From Elusimicrobiota bacterium (lineage in GTDB: Bacteria > CG03 > SLGR01 > JAGXOG01), in assembly GCA_051745145.1 (NCBI GenBank), contig JBNJDT010000004.1:13698-77697 (forward strand): DNA of 64,000 bases. Direction: 5' to 3'. The notes under the pieces are model-generated. The model had not been told where the DNA came from. It did not search any database and saw only the letters and a program-made list of their open reading frames with translations. Of the stretch, positions 30,526 to 42,200 are shown in pieces (within the stretch, counting starts at the first letter, position 1; every line of letters starts with the position of its first letter). A program made the translations under genes and the position numbers.

Positions 30526-31719
30526 ATGGCAAAGGCAAAATTTGAGAGAACAAAGCCGCATGTAAACGTGGGTACAATAGGGCACGTGGATCACGGAAAG
30601 ACGACATTGACGGCGGCCATGTTAAAATACTTACAGGGAAAAGGATTTGCGGAAGTATTAAATGTAAATGATATAGATAATGCCCCGGAAGAGCAGGAGA
30701 GGGGAGTAACGATAGCCACTGCTCATGTAGAGTATGAGACAGAGGGGAGGCATTACGCCCATGTGGACTGTCCGGGACATGCCGATTATGTAAAGAACAT
30801 GATTACCGGAGCAGCGCAGATGGACGGAGCTATTTTAGTGGTATCGGCAGCGGACGGGCCAATGCCCCAGACCCGTGAGCACATACTGCTGGCCAGGCAG
30901 GTAGGAGTACCTGCAATGGTAGTATTTATGAATAAGACGGATCAGGTAGATGATGAAGAGTTAATAGAACTGGTAGATTTAGAGATAAGAGAACTTTTAA
31001 ATAAGTATGAATTTCCCGGTGACGATATGACAATAGTGAAGGGGTCAGCTTTAAAAGCCTTAGAAGATGATGATTTAGAGAGTGAAGATAATAAGGCAAT
31101 AGGGAAGCTGATAGAAGCGTTGGATGAAGATATACCGGAACCATCCAGAGAAATAGACAAGCCGTTTTTAATGAGTGTGGAAGATGTATTTACGATAACC
31201 GGTAGGGGGACGGTAGCCACCGGCAGAATAGAGAGAGGTAAGATAGAGCTTGGAGACGACGTACAGATAGTGGGGCTGGGAAAGAACCAGGAATCGGTAG
31301 CTACGGGGATAGAGATGTTCCGTAAAGAGATGGAATCAGCCCAGGCCGGAGACAACGTAGGAATGCTATTAAGAGGAGTGGACAAGGAAGATATACAGAG
31401 GGGCCAGGTAATAGCGGAGCCGGGTTCGATAACCCCGCATACAAAATTTAAAGGTCAGTTATATGTATTGAGTAAAGAAGAGGGAGGAAGACATACTCCA
31501 TTCTTTTCAGGATACCGGCCGCAGTTTTATTTCAGAACTACAGATGTTACGGGAGTGGTGAAATTACCGGAAGGAAGAGAGATGGTAATGCCCGGAGATA
31601 ATGTAGAGCTGGAAGGAGACTTAATAGAGCCGATAGCTATGGAACAGGGATTGAGGTTTGCAATAAGAGAAGGCGGCCATACTGTAGGAGCCGGTGTAGT
31701 TTCGGAGATTATTGAGTAG
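30526..31719 (+). CDS. tuf: Elongation factor Tu (copy 2)
   Basis: Protein identical to copy 1. Confidence 0.99.
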   Translation: MAKAKFERTKPHVNVGTIGHVDHGKTTLTAAMLKYLQGKGFAEVLNVNDIDNAPEEQERGVTIATAHVEYETEGRHYAHVDCPGHADYVKNMITGAAQMDGAILVVSAADGPMPQTREHILLARQVGVPAMVVFMNKTDQVDDEELIELVDLEIRELLNKYEFPGDDMTIVKGSALKALEDDDLESEDNKAIGKLIEALDEDIPEPSREIDKPFLMSVEDVFTITGRGTVATGRIERGKIELGDDVQIVGLGKNQESVATGIEMFRKEMESAQAGDNVGMLLRGVDKEDIQRGQVIAEPGSITPHTKFKGQLYVLSKEEGGRHTPFFSGYRPQFYFRTTDVTGVVKLPEGREMVMPGDNVELEGDLIEPIAMEQGLRFAIREGGHTVGAGVVSEIIE

Positions 31720-31732
31720 GTAAATAGGAAAA

Positions 31733-32044
31733 ATGGCAGAAGAACAAAAAATTAAAATAAAGTTAAAAGGGTATGATCACAGAATGTTGGACAGGTCGGT
31801 TAAAGAAATAGTTGACACTATAAAACGGACCGGAGCTAGAATATCCGGACCGATACTTCTGCCTACCAAAACGAAAAAATACACGGTGTTAAAATCACCC
31901 CATGTGGATAAAAGAGGAATGGAGCAGTTTGAAATGAGAATACATAAGAGATTAATATATATTATTTCCCCAACTCCCCATACAGTGGATGAACTTGGAA
32001 AACTTGAGTTACCGGCTGGAATTAAAGTAGAGATAAAAGCGTGA
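31733..32044 (+). CDS. rpsJ: 30S ribosomal protein S10
   Basis: [27 protein letters not shown]. Confidence 0.97.
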   Translation: MAEEQKIKIKLKGYDHRMLDRSVKEIVDTIKRTGARISGPILLPTKTKKYTVLKSPHVDKRGMEQFEMRIHKRLIYIISPTPHTVDELGKLELPAGIKVEIKA

Positions 32045-32664
32045 TGATTCAGGGTTTACTTGGAAAAAAATTGAAGATGAGCCGATGGTTTGATGAAGAC
32101 GGCAATTCGGTTCCGGTGACGTTAATTGAGTTAGGCCCCTGTTATGTAACCGGGTTTAAAGATAATAAAGTACAGATTGGTTACAGGGAAGTAAAGAAAA
32201 AGTCGTTAAAAAAACCTCAGATAGGTTTTTTTAAGAAAAACAATCTACCGTTTTTGAAATATTTAAAGAGCGTAGAGTGGCTGGGGGATAAAAAAGAAAT
32301 ACCCGCAGTTGGAGAGAAACTCAGTGTTAATGAGTTTGAAGTAGGAGAAAAGATTGATGTCCAGGGGGAATCTAAAGGCCGGGGATTTACCGGAACAGTT
32401 AAAAGGTGGGGGTTTAGCTCCGGACCTCACGGACACGGATCTAGAAGACATCGTATTCCGGGTTCGATCGGTGGGTCCAGTGACCCCAGCCGGGTTTGGC
32501 CGGGTCTGAAAATGGCCGGAAGAGACGGCGGTAAAATGATTACCGAAGAAAATCTCAAAATAGTTTATATAAGTAAAGAGGAAAACGTCATTGCTGTAAA
32601 GGGAGCTGTTCCGGGCCCAAAAAAGAATGTAGTTTTTGTCAGAAGAAGAAAAAAGAGTAATTAA
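32044..32664 (+). CDS. rplC: 50S ribosomal protein L3
   Basis: VPVTLI, SKGRGFTG..KRWGF, HR.PGSIG, VKGAVPG. Confidence 0.96.
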   Translation: MIQGLLGKKLKMSRWFDEDGNSVPVTLIELGPCYVTGFKDNKVQIGYREVKKKSLKKPQIGFFKKNNLPFLKYLKSVEWLGDKKEIPAVGEKLSVNEFEVGEKIDVQGESKGRGFTGTVKRWGFSSGPHGHGSRRHRIPGSIGGSSDPSRVWPGLKMAGRDGGKMITEENLKIVYISKEENVIAVKGAVPGPKKNVVFVRRRKKSN

Positions 32665-32665
32665 A

Positions 32666-33271
32666 ATGAAAGTTGAAATACCAAAAATACCCGAAGAGTT
32701 AAAAGATATAAATATAAATGTTAATTTGCTGCATGAAGTAGTGGAGACCTATCTTTCTAACGAAAGAGCAGGTAATGCTAAAACAAAAGACCGTTCGGAA
32801 GTGGCCGGCGGCGGTAAAAAACCCTGGCGGCAAAAGGGCACCGGCCGTGCGCGTCACGGAAGCAATAATTCACCGATATGGTCCGGTGGCGGTAATACTT
32901 TCGGCCCTGTAAAGGAACAGCACTATAAAAAAGATATCCCCCGCTTAAAAAAACAGATAGCTCTTGTACAGGCTATTGTTCAGAGAATCAGAGAAGACCG
33001 GGTGAAAATAGTAGAAAAGATTGAACTTGATGATTATAAAACCCGTCTGGCAGCTGATTTTCTCGAGAATATTTTTGAAGATACAGAGGGAAAGAAACTT
33101 ATAGTTTTAGATGAGATGATTCCCGACATAGTAAGGGCATTCAGAAATATTAAGGGGTTGACAATTATGGATTGGAAAAATATAAATACTTATACGGTTT
33201 TGGGAAATAATAATATAATGTTTACGGCAAAAGCATGGAAAAGTTTTTTAGATAAAAGAGGTTGGGAATGA
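32666..33271 (+). CDS. rplD: 50S ribosomal protein L4
   Basis: [24 protein letters not shown]. Confidence 0.96.
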   Translation: MKVEIPKIPEELKDININVNLLHEVVETYLSNERAGNAKTKDRSEVAGGGKKPWRQKGTGRARHGSNNSPIWSGGGNTFGPVKEQHYKKDIPRLKKQIALVQAIVQRIREDRVKIVEKIELDDYKTRLAADFLENIFEDTEGKKLIVLDEMIPDIVRAFRNIKGLTIMDWKNINTYTVLGNNNIMFTAKAWKSFLDKRGWE

Positions 33272-33567
33272 CTACTGACAATACACTTTACAATGTTTTA
33301 AAATCTCCGGTAGTAACTGAAAAATCTACCCGGGAGAGAATGAATTTTAATAAATATACTTTTTTTGTTGATTTAAATGCAAATAAAAGAAAGATTAAGA
33401 AAGCTGTTGAAGAAATTTTTGAGGTAACAGTTAAATCCGTAAATACCCAGCACGTGAGGGGGAAAGAAAAAAGGATGGGTCGCTATGAAGGAAAATCTTC
33501 AAAACGAAAAAAAGCGGTGGTTACCTTAGAAGAAGGTGATAGAATTCAGCTTATGGAAGGACCTTAA
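33268..33567 (+). CDS. rplW: 50S ribosomal protein L23
   Basis: PVVTEKS, YTFFV..ANK, KKAVVTL. Confidence 0.96.
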   Translation: MTTDNTLYNVLKSPVVTEKSTRERMNFNKYTFFVDLNANKRKIKKAVEEIFEVTVKSVNTQHVRGKEKRMGRYEGKSSKRKKAVVTLEEGDRIQLMEGP

Positions 33568-33616
33568 ATTTTGTTTTTAATAAAAAAGAAATTTAAAAAT
33601 ATAGAGGAATATAAAA

Positions 33617-34438
33617 ATGGGAATTAAAAAAGACAGACCGCTTTCTCCGGCGCGCCGGTTCCGGACTATAGTAACCAAAGATGAGATTACTAAAAGAAAA
33701 CCGGAAAAATCTCTTACCAGAGTAAAAAAACGGTCCGGGGGAAGAAATAATCACGGCCGGATGACGGTAAGACACCGCGGGGGAGGAAGTAAACGTAAGT
33801 TAAGGCTGGTAGATTTTAAACGGGAAAGAGAAGAACCGGCCCGGGTATTGGCGATTGAATATGATCCTAACCGGTCTGCCAATCTGGCTTTAATTGAGTA
33901 TCCGGACGGCAAAAAATCTTATATAATTCATCCGGAAGGCTTAAAAGTAGGGGATACGGTAACCAGCGGTAAGTGGGCCCCTATTAAACCGGGGAATGTC
34001 CGGCCGCTTGAAAATCTACCGGAAAGTACTGTTATTCACAATATAGAGCTTAAACCCGGAAGGGGCGGTACTATGGTAAGAAGCGCCGGTTCCCAGGCAG
34101 TTTTGATGGCTAAAGAGGGGAAATATGCCCAGATACAACTGACTTCCGGTGAGGTCAGGTTGGTAGAGAAAAAATGTAAAGCAACTATAGGTAAAGTTGG
34201 GAATTCCGATCATTATAAAGCTAAGCTCGGTTCGGCCGGAGCAAACCGTCACCGGGGTATAAGGCCGACAGTCCGGGGGATGGCTATGAATTCTAATGAC
34301 CATCCGCACGGCGGGGGTAGGGGAAAGAGTAAAGGAAATCATTTACCGACCAATCCGTGGGGTAAAAAGTGTAAAGGCGTAAAAACCAGAAAAAAGAAAA
34401 AGGCATCTGAAAAACTGATTGTGAGAAGGAGGAAATAG
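33617..34438 (+). CDS. rplB: 50S ribosomal protein L2
   Basis: [22 protein letters not shown]. Confidence 0.98.
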   Translation: MGIKKDRPLSPARRFRTIVTKDEITKRKPEKSLTRVKKRSGGRNNHGRMTVRHRGGGSKRKLRLVDFKREREEPARVLAIEYDPNRSANLALIEYPDGKKSYIIHPEGLKVGDTVTSGKWAPIKPGNVRPLENLPESTVIHNIELKPGRGGTMVRSAGSQAVLMAKEGKYAQIQLTSGEVRLVEKKCKATIGKVGNSDHYKAKLGSAGANRHRGIRPTVRGMAMNSNDHPHGGGRGKSKGNHLPTNPWGKKCKGVKTRKKKKASEKLIVRRRK

Positions 34439-34441
34439 TTA

Positions 34442-34738
34442 ATGGGGCGTTCAACTAAAAAAGGACCTTACGTAGAAAAAAGTCTGCTGAAAAAAGTAGA
34501 TAGAGCCAAAAAGGCCGGGAGTAAAAAAGTGGCACCTACATATTCCAGGGATTCAATGATAACTCCCGATTTTGTGGGTCTTACTATTCCTGTTCACAAT
34601 GGCAAAAAATTTACTGAAGTATTAATAACTGAAGATATGGTGGGACACAGACTGGGGGAATTTTCGGCCACCAGATTTTTTAAGGGTCATGGCGCTGCCC
34701 ATTCTAAAGAACTTGAAGAGGAAGAGATGGAATCATGA
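34442..34738 (+). CDS. rpsS: 30S ribosomal protein S19
   Basis: [21 protein letters not shown]. Confidence 0.97.
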   Translation: MGRSTKKGPYVEKSLLKKVDRAKKAGSKKVAPTYSRDSMITPDFVGLTIPVHNGKKFTEVLITEDMVGHRLGEFSATRFFKGHGAAHSKELEEEEMES

Positions 34739-35067
34739 AGGGCAAAGTTAAAGCAAAATACATAAGAATGAGTCCCCGGAAGATTAATCTTGTTTTAGAT
34801 TGCATCAGAGGCAAAAAAGTAGCCGAGGCCTATAACAAACTTGCTGTAATAAATAAAAGAGCGGTGAAACCGGTAAAAAAAGCACTTGATTCAGCGGTTG
34901 CAAATGCCGATGCTCAGGATATAACGGATAGAATTAAAGTTATGAAAGCATGGGTTGGACAGGGACCGTCTTTAAAAAGACTTCGTCCGCGGGCAATGGG
35001 TAGAGCAGATGTTTATAAAAAGAGATCAGCACATATAGAAATAGTAGTGGGAGACGAACAAGAATAA
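34735..35067 (+). CDS. rplV: 50S ribosomal protein L22
   Basis: [20 protein letters not shown]. Confidence 0.97.
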   Translation: MKGKVKAKYIRMSPRKINLVLDCIRGKKVAEAYNKLAVINKRAVKPVKKALDSAVANADAQDITDRIKVMKAWVGQGPSLKRLRPRAMGRADVYKKRSAHIEIVVGDEQE

Positions 35068-35714
35068 TGGGACAAAAAGTAAATCCGGTAAGTTTAAGAT
35101 TAGGAGTAAATAAAACCTGGAAATCGCAGTGGTTTGATTTAGATAATATGCCCAAGTTGATAGAAGAAGATTATAAAATCCGAAATTTTATACGGGACAG
35201 AGTAGAAGAATCTGCCGGAATATCCAGAATAGATATTAAAAGGGCCGGCAATGAAAACATAAAAATTGTGGTACACACTGATAAACCGGGGGTGATAATC
35301 GGTAAGGGGGGCTCGGAAGTGGAAAACATAAAAAATGAAATTGAAGATATAACAGGAAAAACAACCGATATAAATATTGAACATATAAAAAATCCCCAGG
35401 CTGATGCGGCTATAATTGGCCGGAGTATAGCTACGGCCCTGGAAAAGAAAATGCGGTTTCGTCCGGTTATGAAAAGAGCTTTATACCGGGCCTATAATGA
35501 AAAAGACGTCGAGGGGGTTAAAGTAGCTGTAAGCGGTAGACTCAACGGATCGGAAATAGCTCGTACGGAATGGCTAAAAGAAGGTAAGGTTCCTCTTCAG
35601 ACTATAAGAGCGGATATTGATTACAATTTTTGCGAGGCCAATACTACCTACGGTAATATCGGTATTAAAGTTTGGGTCTGTAAAGGGGAAATAATCGGTG
35701 CAGAGAAGGAATAG
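35067..35714 (+). CDS. rpsC: 30S ribosomal protein S3
   Basis: MGQKVNP, PGVIIGKGG, GRLNGSEIAR, PLQT.RADID. Confidence 0.98.
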   Translation: MGQKVNPVSLRLGVNKTWKSQWFDLDNMPKLIEEDYKIRNFIRDRVEESAGISRIDIKRAGNENIKIVVHTDKPGVIIGKGGSEVENIKNEIEDITGKTTDINIEHIKNPQADAAIIGRSIATALEKKMRFRPVMKRALYRAYNEKDVEGVKVAVSGRLNGSEIARTEWLKEGKVPLQTIRADIDYNFCEANTTYGNIGIKVWVCKGEIIGAEKE

Positions 35715-35717
35715 ATT

Positions 35718-36134
35718 ATGTTACGACCTAAAAAAGTAAAATATAGGAAAAAACACAGAGGTAGAAATAGAGGGAAAGCCATAAGGGGAAGCAAAGTTAA
35801 TTTCGGGCAGTACGGATTAAAGGCCGTAGAACCGGCCCACATTGACGAGAGGCAGATTGAAGCCGCAAGAGTTGCGATAACCAGATTTATGAAAGAAGGG
35901 GGAAAAGTATGGCTCAGAATTTTTCCCGATCATCCGGTGACAGAACAGCCGGCTGAAACCCGGATGGGTAAAGGTAAGGGGGACGTTGCCTATTATGCCG
36001 CAAAGGTAAAACCGGGGAGAATAATATTTGAATTAGTTGGTTTATCCAGAGAAAAGGCAAAATTAGCTATGAAAAGAGCTGCAGCTAAAATGCCCATGAA
36101 ATGCAAATTTGTGGTTAGAGGAGAATACCAGTGA
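35718..36134 (+). CDS. rplP: 50S ribosomal protein L16
   Basis: [20 protein letters not shown]. Confidence 0.98.
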   Translation: MLRPKKVKYRKKHRGRNRGKAIRGSKVNFGQYGLKAVEPAHIDERQIEAARVAITRFMKEGGKVWLRIFPDHPVTEQPAETRMGKGKGDVAYYAAKVKPGRIIFELVGLSREKAKLAMKRAAAKMPMKCKFVVRGEYQ

Positions 36135-36328
36135 CTTTAACAGCAGACGAACTTAGAAATAAGACAGTAGAAGAATTAAAAAGCGAACTCAGTGATATAA
36201 AAAAGAAGTATATGGAAGAAAGATTTCAACACGCTTCCGGGACTTTAAAAAATCCGGTTGAATTGAAATATTTAAGAAGAGATATTGCCAGAATTAATAC
36301 AGTGATAAAAGAGAAGAACAATGAATAA
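36131..36328 (+). CDS. rpmC: 50S ribosomal protein L29
   Basis: [16 protein letters not shown]; operon position. Confidence 0.95.
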   Translation: MTLTADELRNKTVEELKSELSDIKKKYMEERFQHASGTLKNPVELKYLRRDIARINTVIKEKNNE

Positions 36329-36587
36329 AAAATTATACAAGACAACGTCCAGAAAAAAATTAGAAGGTATAGTAGTGGGAACTAAAATGGATAAGACCTG
36401 CGTAGTTGAAACAGAAAATTTATCTAGGCACCCACTTTATGAAAAGGTTTTAAAAAAGCACAAAAAATTTTATGTACATGATGAGGAAAACCGGGCCAGT
36501 ACCGGTGATAAAGTAATAATAGAGGAAATGCGTCCGAAAAGTAAATTGAAAAGATGGCGTTTATGTAAAATAGAAGAAAAGAAATAA
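36321..36587 (+). CDS. rpsQ: 30S ribosomal protein S17
   Basis: KMDKT.VV, HPLY.K, HDE.N, GDKV.IEE.RP.SK.KRW. Confidence 0.96.
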   Translation: MNKKLYKTTSRKKLEGIVVGTKMDKTCVVETENLSRHPLYEKVLKKHKKFYVHDEENRASTGDKVIIEEMRPKSKLKRWRLCKIEEKK

Positions 36588-36588
36588 A

Positions 36589-36954
36589 ATGATTCAGAGT
36601 GAAAGTTTATTAAATGTTGTAGATAATTCAGGTGCCCGCCAGTTACTATGTATTAATATACTAGGGGGCGAGAAGCAGTACGGCCGTGTAGGGGATATTA
36701 TAGTGGGAACAGTAAAAACCGCCATTCCTTCGGGAGAAGTTAAAAAGGGCGAGGTTGTAAAAGCGGTTATAGTTCGCACAAAATATCCTATAAAAAGAAA
36801 CGATGGTACTGTTTTGAGATTTGACAGTAACGGGGTAGTAATTGTTGATGATGACGGGATGCCAAAAGCTACCCGGGTCTTTGGACCCATAGCTATGGAA
36901 TTAAGAAATAAAGAGTTTACCCGGATAATATCTCTTGCACCGGAGGTACTTTAA
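36589..36954 (+). CDS. rplN: 50S ribosomal protein L14
   Basis: [19 protein letters not shown]. Confidence 0.98.
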   Translation: MIQSESLLNVVDNSGARQLLCINILGGEKQYGRVGDIIVGTVKTAIPSGEVKKGEVVKAVIVRTKYPIKRNDGTVLRFDSNGVVIVDDDGMPKATRVFGPIAMELRNKEFTRIISLAPEVL

Positions 36955-36955
36955 T

Positions 36956-37267
36956 ATGCGCAAAATAAAGACCGGTGATGAAGTAGTAGTTAAAAAAGGG
37001 GTGGAAAAAGGGAAGACCGGGGAAGTAATTAAAATTTACCCAGAAAAGAACAGGGCTATTGTTTCCAAGCTTAATGTGGCAAAAAAGCATACAATGCCTT
37101 CTCAGAAAAGTCCCGGAGGTGTTATAGAACAGGAAGCTCCGATAGCTATGCCTAATTTACAGTTGATTTGTCCTAAATGTTCGAAACCCACAAAAGTAAA
37201 TTTTGATTTTTTAGAAGATGGAGAAAAAGTGAGAATATGTAAAAAATGCGGGGAGATTGTAGTATAA
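36956..37267 (+). CDS. rplX: 50S ribosomal protein L24
   Basis: KOW motif GDEVVV..G.EKGK.G; C-terminal CPKC/CKKC. Confidence 0.95.
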   Translation: MRKIKTGDEVVVKKGVEKGKTGEVIKIYPEKNRAIVSKLNVAKKHTMPSQKSPGGVIEQEAPIAMPNLQLICPKCSKPTKVNFDFLEDGEKVRICKKCGEIVV

Positions 37268-37828
37268 ATGCCTGTTAACAAAAAAATAAAAAGTTCATTA
37301 TATAAAAGATATGTAAAAGATGTTGTCCCAAAATTACAAAAAGAATCGGAAGTGGAGAATATTCACGAAATACCCGGAATAGAAAAAGTAATTGTTAATA
37401 TGGGACTTAAAAAAGCTGTGGAGGAGAAAGCGGTACTCGAAGAAGGGTTAGAGGATATGACCGCAATAACCGGGCAGAAACCCGTTGTTACAAAAGCAAA
37501 AAAATCTATTTCCAACTTTGATATCCGGAAAGGCGATGTGATTGGCTGCAAAGTAACGCTCAGGGGAGAGAGAATGTATGATTTTTTAAATAAAACCCTT
37601 AGAATAGCCCTTCCCCGGATAAGAGATTTTAGTGGAATAAAGAGAAGTATAGACGACAATGGTAATTTAACTATTGGTATAAAAGATGAAACTATATATC
37701 CTGAAATAAATTCTGATAAGATTAAGTTTATAAAAGGACTTTCTATCGGAATTGTAACCAGTAAACAGGATAAACAGAAATCCGAGCGGATGTACGAGTT
37801 GTTAAATTTCCCTTTTAAGGAGCAATAA
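37268..37828 (+). CDS. rplE: 50S ribosomal protein L5
   Basis: ITGQKP..TKAKKSISNF, KVTLRG, LPRIRDF. Confidence 0.97.
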   Translation: MPVNKKIKSSLYKRYVKDVVPKLQKESEVENIHEIPGIEKVIVNMGLKKAVEEKAVLEEGLEDMTAITGQKPVVTKAKKSISNFDIRKGDVIGCKVTLRGERMYDFLNKTLRIALPRIRDFSGIKRSIDDNGNLTIGIKDETIYPEINSDKIKFIKGLSIGIVTSKQDKQKSERMYELLNFPFKEQ

Positions 37829-37837
37829 GGAGAGATT

Positions 37838-38023
37838 ATGGCGAGAAAAGCACTTGTAGAAAAACAGAAAAAAGACCCTAAATATGAAGTTAGAAAATAT
37901 AATAGGTGTAATCTGTGTGGCAGATCACGCGGGTATATGAGAGATTTTGGAATATGCAGAATTTGTTTTAGAGAATTAGCATCGGACGGAAAAATACCGG
38001 GGGTTGTTAAATCATCATGGTAG
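37838..38023 (+). CDS. rpsN: 30S ribosomal protein S14 type Z (Zn-binding)
   Basis: 61 aa; [23 protein letters not shown]. Confidence 0.97.
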   Translation: MARKALVEKQKKDPKYEVRKYNRCNLCGRSRGYMRDFGICRICFRELASDGKIPGVVKSSW

Positions 38024-38415
38024 TAACAGATACAGTAGCAGATATGATATCCAGGATAAAGAATGCCCTGAATGTTAAAAAACGGGAAGTTGACATACCC
38101 GCTTCAAAGTTAAAACTAGAAATAGCCAGATTATTACAGGAAGAAGGCTATATAGCAAATTATGAAAAAATTGAAGATAATAAACAGGGGATTTTAAGAA
38201 TATACTTAAAATATGTAGATGGCGAGCGTTCAGTTATAAGAGATATTAAGAGAATATCGCGTCCCGGAAAAAGACAGTACGTGAATAAAGAAGAGATTCC
38301 CAGAGTCTTAGAAGGATTGGGAAGAGCTTTTATATCCACTTCCCGGGGACTGCTTACGGATAAAGAATGTCGTAAGAATGAGCTGGGCGGAGAAGTATTA
38401 TTATATGTATGGTAA
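38017..38415 (+). CDS. rpsH: 30S ribosomal protein S8
   Basis: D.VADM..RIKNA, RISRPG.R.Y, STSRG, GGEVL. Confidence 0.97.
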   Translation: MVVTDTVADMISRIKNALNVKKREVDIPASKLKLEIARLLQEEGYIANYEKIEDNKQGILRIYLKYVDGERSVIRDIKRISRPGKRQYVNKEEIPRVLEGLGRAFISTSRGLLTDKECRKNELGGEVLLYVW

Positions 38416-38421
38416 TTTAAA

Positions 38422-38991
38422 ATGAGCAGAGTAGGAAAAAAACCGGTAGATATACCAGATAAGGTAGAAGTTAAGATTGAAGGAAAAAAAATTACCGTTG
38501 AATCCTCCGGAGAAAAGAATACAGTTGATTTACCGGAGCTGATCAGCGGCAAGGTAGAAGACGGGCAGATTATCTTAGTAAGGGAAAATGAGTCTAAAAA
38601 AGCAAGATCACTGCACGGACTTTTTAGAACTCTGGTAGCTAATGCTATACAGGGATTAACTGAGGGGTTTATAAAACGCCTGGAATTAGTCGGGCGCGGT
38701 AAGCGGGCTAAGGTACAGAAAAAAAATATTGTTCTGGAACTTGGTTTTTCACATCCCGTTAAATTTGACATTCCCGAAAATATAGAAGTAAAACTGGATG
38801 AAGAAGATAAAAATATTATAATAATATCGGGAAAGGATAAACAGCAGGTCGGGCAGGTGGCCGCAGATATTAGAGATATTCAACCGCCGGAACCTTACAA
38901 GGGAGCCGGTATTAGATATGAGGATGAGTATGTCCGCAAGAAAGCCGGTAAGACGGCTATTGGCGGAGGATTTACTGGTGCAGGACAATGA
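38422..38991 (+). CDS. rplF: 50S ribosomal protein L6
   Basis: MSRVGKKP, LGFSHP, PEPYKG.GIRY. Confidence 0.97.
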   Translation: MSRVGKKPVDIPDKVEVKIEGKKITVESSGEKNTVDLPELISGKVEDGQIILVRENESKKARSLHGLFRTLVANAIQGLTEGFIKRLELVGRGKRAKVQKKNIVLELGFSHPVKFDIPENIEVKLDEEDKNIIIISGKDKQQVGQVAADIRDIQPPEPYKGAGIRYEDEYVRKKAGKTAIGGGFTGAGQ

Positions 38992-39302
38992 TGAAAAAAA
39001 TTTTTGGAAAAGACAGCAGGTTAAGATTGGCAGTACATAAATCAAATAAGAATATTTATGCCCAATTAATTAACGACGTTAGAGATAAGGTTGAAATAGG
39101 TGTTTCATCCTTGGATAAAGAAATAAGAGAACAGGAATTTGATTCTCCAAAACAGAGAGCCAGAGAAGTAGGTAAAAAATTAGCCCAACAGGCTCTTGAA
39201 AAAGATATTAAAGCTGTTGTATTAGATCGCAAGAACTTTAAGTATCACGGGTTAATAAAAGAGTTAGCTGATGGTGCAAGAGAAGGGGGACTGGATTTCT
39301 AA
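38988..39302 (+). CDS. rplR: 50S ribosomal protein L18 (short N-terminus)
   Basis: [30 protein letters not shown]. Confidence 0.95.
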   Translation: MMKKIFGKDSRLRLAVHKSNKNIYAQLINDVRDKVEIGVSSLDKEIREQEFDSPKQRAREVGKKLAQQALEKDIKAVVLDRKNFKYHGLIKELADGAREGGLDF

Positions 39303-39793
39303 TGAGTAATAACAGGGATAAAAATACAATAGAGAAAGTAGTAAACATAAACAGAGTTGCTAAAGTGGTAAAAGGTGGAAAGAGATTTGGCTTTGCCTCT
39401 TTAGTGGTAGTAGGGGACGGAAACGGTGCAGTGGGGTGCGCTATTGGAAAAGCAAAAGACGTTCGCGCTTCAATAGAAAAAGGGATGTCAAAAGCAAAAG
39501 ACGATCTTGAAAAAATGGATATTACGGATGAAGGTACAATTCCCCACACAATACTCGGGAAAAACGGCGCCGGGGAGATACTCCTGAAACCGGCCGGTCC
39601 GGGAACAGGTATTATTGCCGGTGGTCCGGCCCGGGCAGTTCTTGAAGCGGTAGGAGTTAAGAATATTCTTACAAAGTGTCTGCGCTCTACCAATCCTATA
39701 AATGTAGTGTATGCGACTATAGACGGACTGAGAAATTTACGTTCTAAAGAATATATAGCAAAAATACGTGGGAAGAAGGTAGAAGAATTATGA
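39302..39793 (+). CDS. rpsE: 30S ribosomal protein S5
   Basis: [29 protein letters not shown]. Confidence 0.97.
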   Translation: MSNNRDKNTIEKVVNINRVAKVVKGGKRFGFASLVVVGDGNGAVGCAIGKAKDVRASIEKGMSKAKDDLEKMDITDEGTIPHTILGKNGAGEILLKPAGPGTGIIAGGPARAVLEAVGVKNILTKCLRSTNPINVVYATIDGLRNLRSKEYIAKIRGKKVEEL

Positions 39794-40254
39794 GTAATAA
39801 TAATAAAGACTTATTAACGATAGCAGATTTAAAGCCTGCCCCGGGATCAAATAAAAAGAAGATTCGCAAAGGCAGGGGAGCATCCTCGAGAAAGGGTCGC
39901 AGCAGCGGCCGCGGCCGGGGAGGAAGCGGTCACAGATCCGGGAATTCCCATTTACCGGGTTTTGAAGGGGGGCAGATGCCTTTTATCCGGCGGATTCCAA
40001 AAAGAGGATTTAATAATACTAAATTCGAACGCAAAGTGGAAATCGTTAATATATGGCAGTTACAGGAAAAATTTAAAAGCGGCGAAAAGGTTTCTCCGGA
40101 AAAACTTAAACAAAAAGGTCTTGTAAAAGGTAAACATACGGTTAAAATATTAGGCAAAGGAGAAATAAAGAAAAAATTAAAAGTATCCAACTGCGAGCTT
40201 TCTAAAGGAGCAAAAGAAAAAATAACCGAAGCAGGCGGAGAAATAAGTCAATGA
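39790..40254 (+). CDS. rplO: 50S ribosomal protein L15
   Basis: [22 protein letters not shown]. Confidence 0.97.
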   Translation: MSNNNKDLLTIADLKPAPGSNKKKIRKGRGASSRKGRSSGRGRGGSGHRSGNSHLPGFEGGQMPFIRRIPKRGFNNTKFERKVEIVNIWQLQEKFKSGEKVSPEKLKQKGLVKGKHTVKILGKGEIKKKLKVSNCELSKGAKEKITEAGGEISQ

Positions 40255-41570
40255 TTAATGGCTTCGGTGATATATTCAAAGTATCCGAACTCAAGAAAAA
40301 ATTATTATTTACTCTTGGTATCCTTGCCGTTTACCGCCTGGGTACAACAATTCCGGTTCCCGGCGTGGATGTTAATGCCCTGAGAGCTTTTTTTGAAGCG
40401 CAGGCAGATACCCTCCTGGGTTTTTTAGATATGTTTTCCGGGGGCGCTCTGGGACGGCTTTCCATAATGGCTTTGGGAGTAATGCCTTTTATTAACGCCT
40501 CAATAATAATGAGTTTATTGAGAACCACTATACCTTACCTTGAAAAATTACAAAAAGAGGGTGAGGCCGGTAGAAAAAAGATAAAACAGGTAACCAGGTA
40601 TATGACTGTGGGAATTGCCGCTGTTCAGGCTCTGGGTTTGTCATTCTGGATGCAGACTATGGAAACCGGTGGTATTGAAGTGGTGAAAAATCCCGGAATA
40701 TCTTTTCAAATAATAACAGTTATAACTTTAACTACGGGAACAGTATTTTTAATGTGGCTGGGGGAACAGATTTCCGAAAACGGTATTGGAAACGGTATTT
40801 CGCTGCTTATATTTACCGGTATAGTGGCCCGTCTTCCGTCGGGACTGAATAATGTATTCCGGTTGATAAGAGTTAATGAACTATCGTTGTTCGGAGGTAT
40901 ATTTTTGCTTGTCCTTGTTATTTTAATAACAGCGGCAGTTGTTTTTGTCGAGCAGGGGCAAAGAAAAATCCCTGTTCAATACGCTAAAAGAGTAGTGGGC
41001 CGAAAAATGTATGGCGGGCAAAATACCTTTTTGCCCTTAAAAGTTAATCAGTCCGGTGTCATAGCAGTTATATTTTCAATGGCTGTGCTGCTTTTGCCGG
41101 TGCAATTAAGCCAGTTTTTCCCGGATTCCACTTTTTTTGCTACGCTCTCTGAATATTTATCTCCGGGCCACTGGGTGAGAACAGTTATATATTCGGCTTT
41201 AATAATATTCTTTTGTTATTTTTATACGGCCATAACCTTTAATCCCAGAGATATTGCCGAAAATATGAAAAAATGGGGCGGGTTTATACCGGGAATAAGA
41301 CCGGGAAAGCCTTCTGCGGATTATATAGACAAAGTTTTAACCAGAATTACTCTGGTGGGAGCTCTGTTTGTGGTAGTAATTGCCATAATGCCCACTTATT
41401 TTCAGGAGATATTTAACGCCCCTTTTCATTTTGGCGGAACTGCTCTTTTAATTGTTGTAGGAGTGGCCCTCGATACTATGGCTAAGATGGAATCTCATCT
41501 TATAATGAGACATTACGACGGGTTTATGGAAAAAGGGCGGTTGAAAGGGAGAGGATCCCGGATGGGATAA
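40251..41570 (+). CDS. secY: Preprotein translocase subunit SecY
   Basis: ALGVMPFINASII, GIGNGISL, FIPGIRPG, GGTALLIVVGV. Confidence 0.98.
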   Translation: MINGFGDIFKVSELKKKLLFTLGILAVYRLGTTIPVPGVDVNALRAFFEAQADTLLGFLDMFSGGALGRLSIMALGVMPFINASIIMSLLRTTIPYLEKLQKEGEAGRKKIKQVTRYMTVGIAAVQALGLSFWMQTMETGGIEVVKNPGISFQIITVITLTTGTVFLMWLGEQISENGIGNGISLLIFTGIVARLPSGLNNVFRLIRVNELSLFGGIFLLVLVILITAAVVFVEQGQRKIPVQYAKRVVGRKMYGGQNTFLPLKVNQSGVIAVIFSMAVLLLPVQLSQFFPDSTFFATLSEYLSPGHWVRTVIYSALIIFFCYFYTAITFNPRDIAENMKKWGGFIPGIRPGKPSADYIDKVLTRITLVGALFVVVIAIMPTYFQEIFNAPFHFGGTALLIVVGVALDTMAKMESHLIMRHYDGFMEKGRLKGRGSRMG

Positions 41571-41571
41571 T

Positions 41572-42195
41572 ATGATAAGTAAGATTGTTATGCTCGGTAT
41601 AGTTGGGGCGGGTAAAGGAACCCAGGCAAAAAGATTGTCTAGATATTTGGATATACCCCATATTTCCACGGGGGAGATATTCAGAGAGGCGGTTAAGAAA
41701 AAGACGCCTCTGGGCTTAAAAGCTAAATCTATTATGGAAGCCGGGGATCTGGTCCCCGATGATATTGTCATAGGTATAGTCGAGGAACGTCTGAAAGAAG
41801 ATGATGCTCAAGACGGGTATATTTTAGACGGTTTTCCCAGAACTATAACACAGGCCAAGGAATTTGATAAGCTGGAAGATCTGGATAGAGTTTTTTATAT
41901 AACGATCCCCGAAGAGGAATCAGTAAAAAGACTTAAAGGCCGGAGAATTTGTAGTAAATGCAAAAAAGAATATAACATATATCTTGCGGATGACGATACA
42001 GAAGAATGTCCGTGCGGGGGAAAATTAATTCAACGCGAAGACGATAAAGAAGAGACAGTAAAGATAAGAATAGATAATTATATTGAGCAGACCGAGCCTC
42101 TTATTGAATATTACAGAAAAAATAATCTTTTGGTTGAAATTGACGGTGACCAGGAAATCGACGAAGTTTTTTCTAATATAAAGGAAACTCTCTAG
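41572..42195 (+). CDS. adk: Adenylate kinase (Zn-lid type)
   Basis: GAGKGTQ, HISTG, LDGFPRT, CSKC..CPC lid, QREDD. Confidence 0.96.
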   Translation: MISKIVMLGIVGAGKGTQAKRLSRYLDIPHISTGEIFREAVKKKTPLGLKAKSIMEAGDLVPDDIVIGIVEERLKEDDAQDGYILDGFPRTITQAKEFDKLEDLDRVFYITIPEEESVKRLKGRRICSKCKKEYNIYLADDDTEECPCGGKLIQREDDKEETVKIRIDNYIEQTEPLIEYYRKNNLLVEIDGDQEIDEVFSNIKETL

Positions 42196-42200
42196 CAGGT

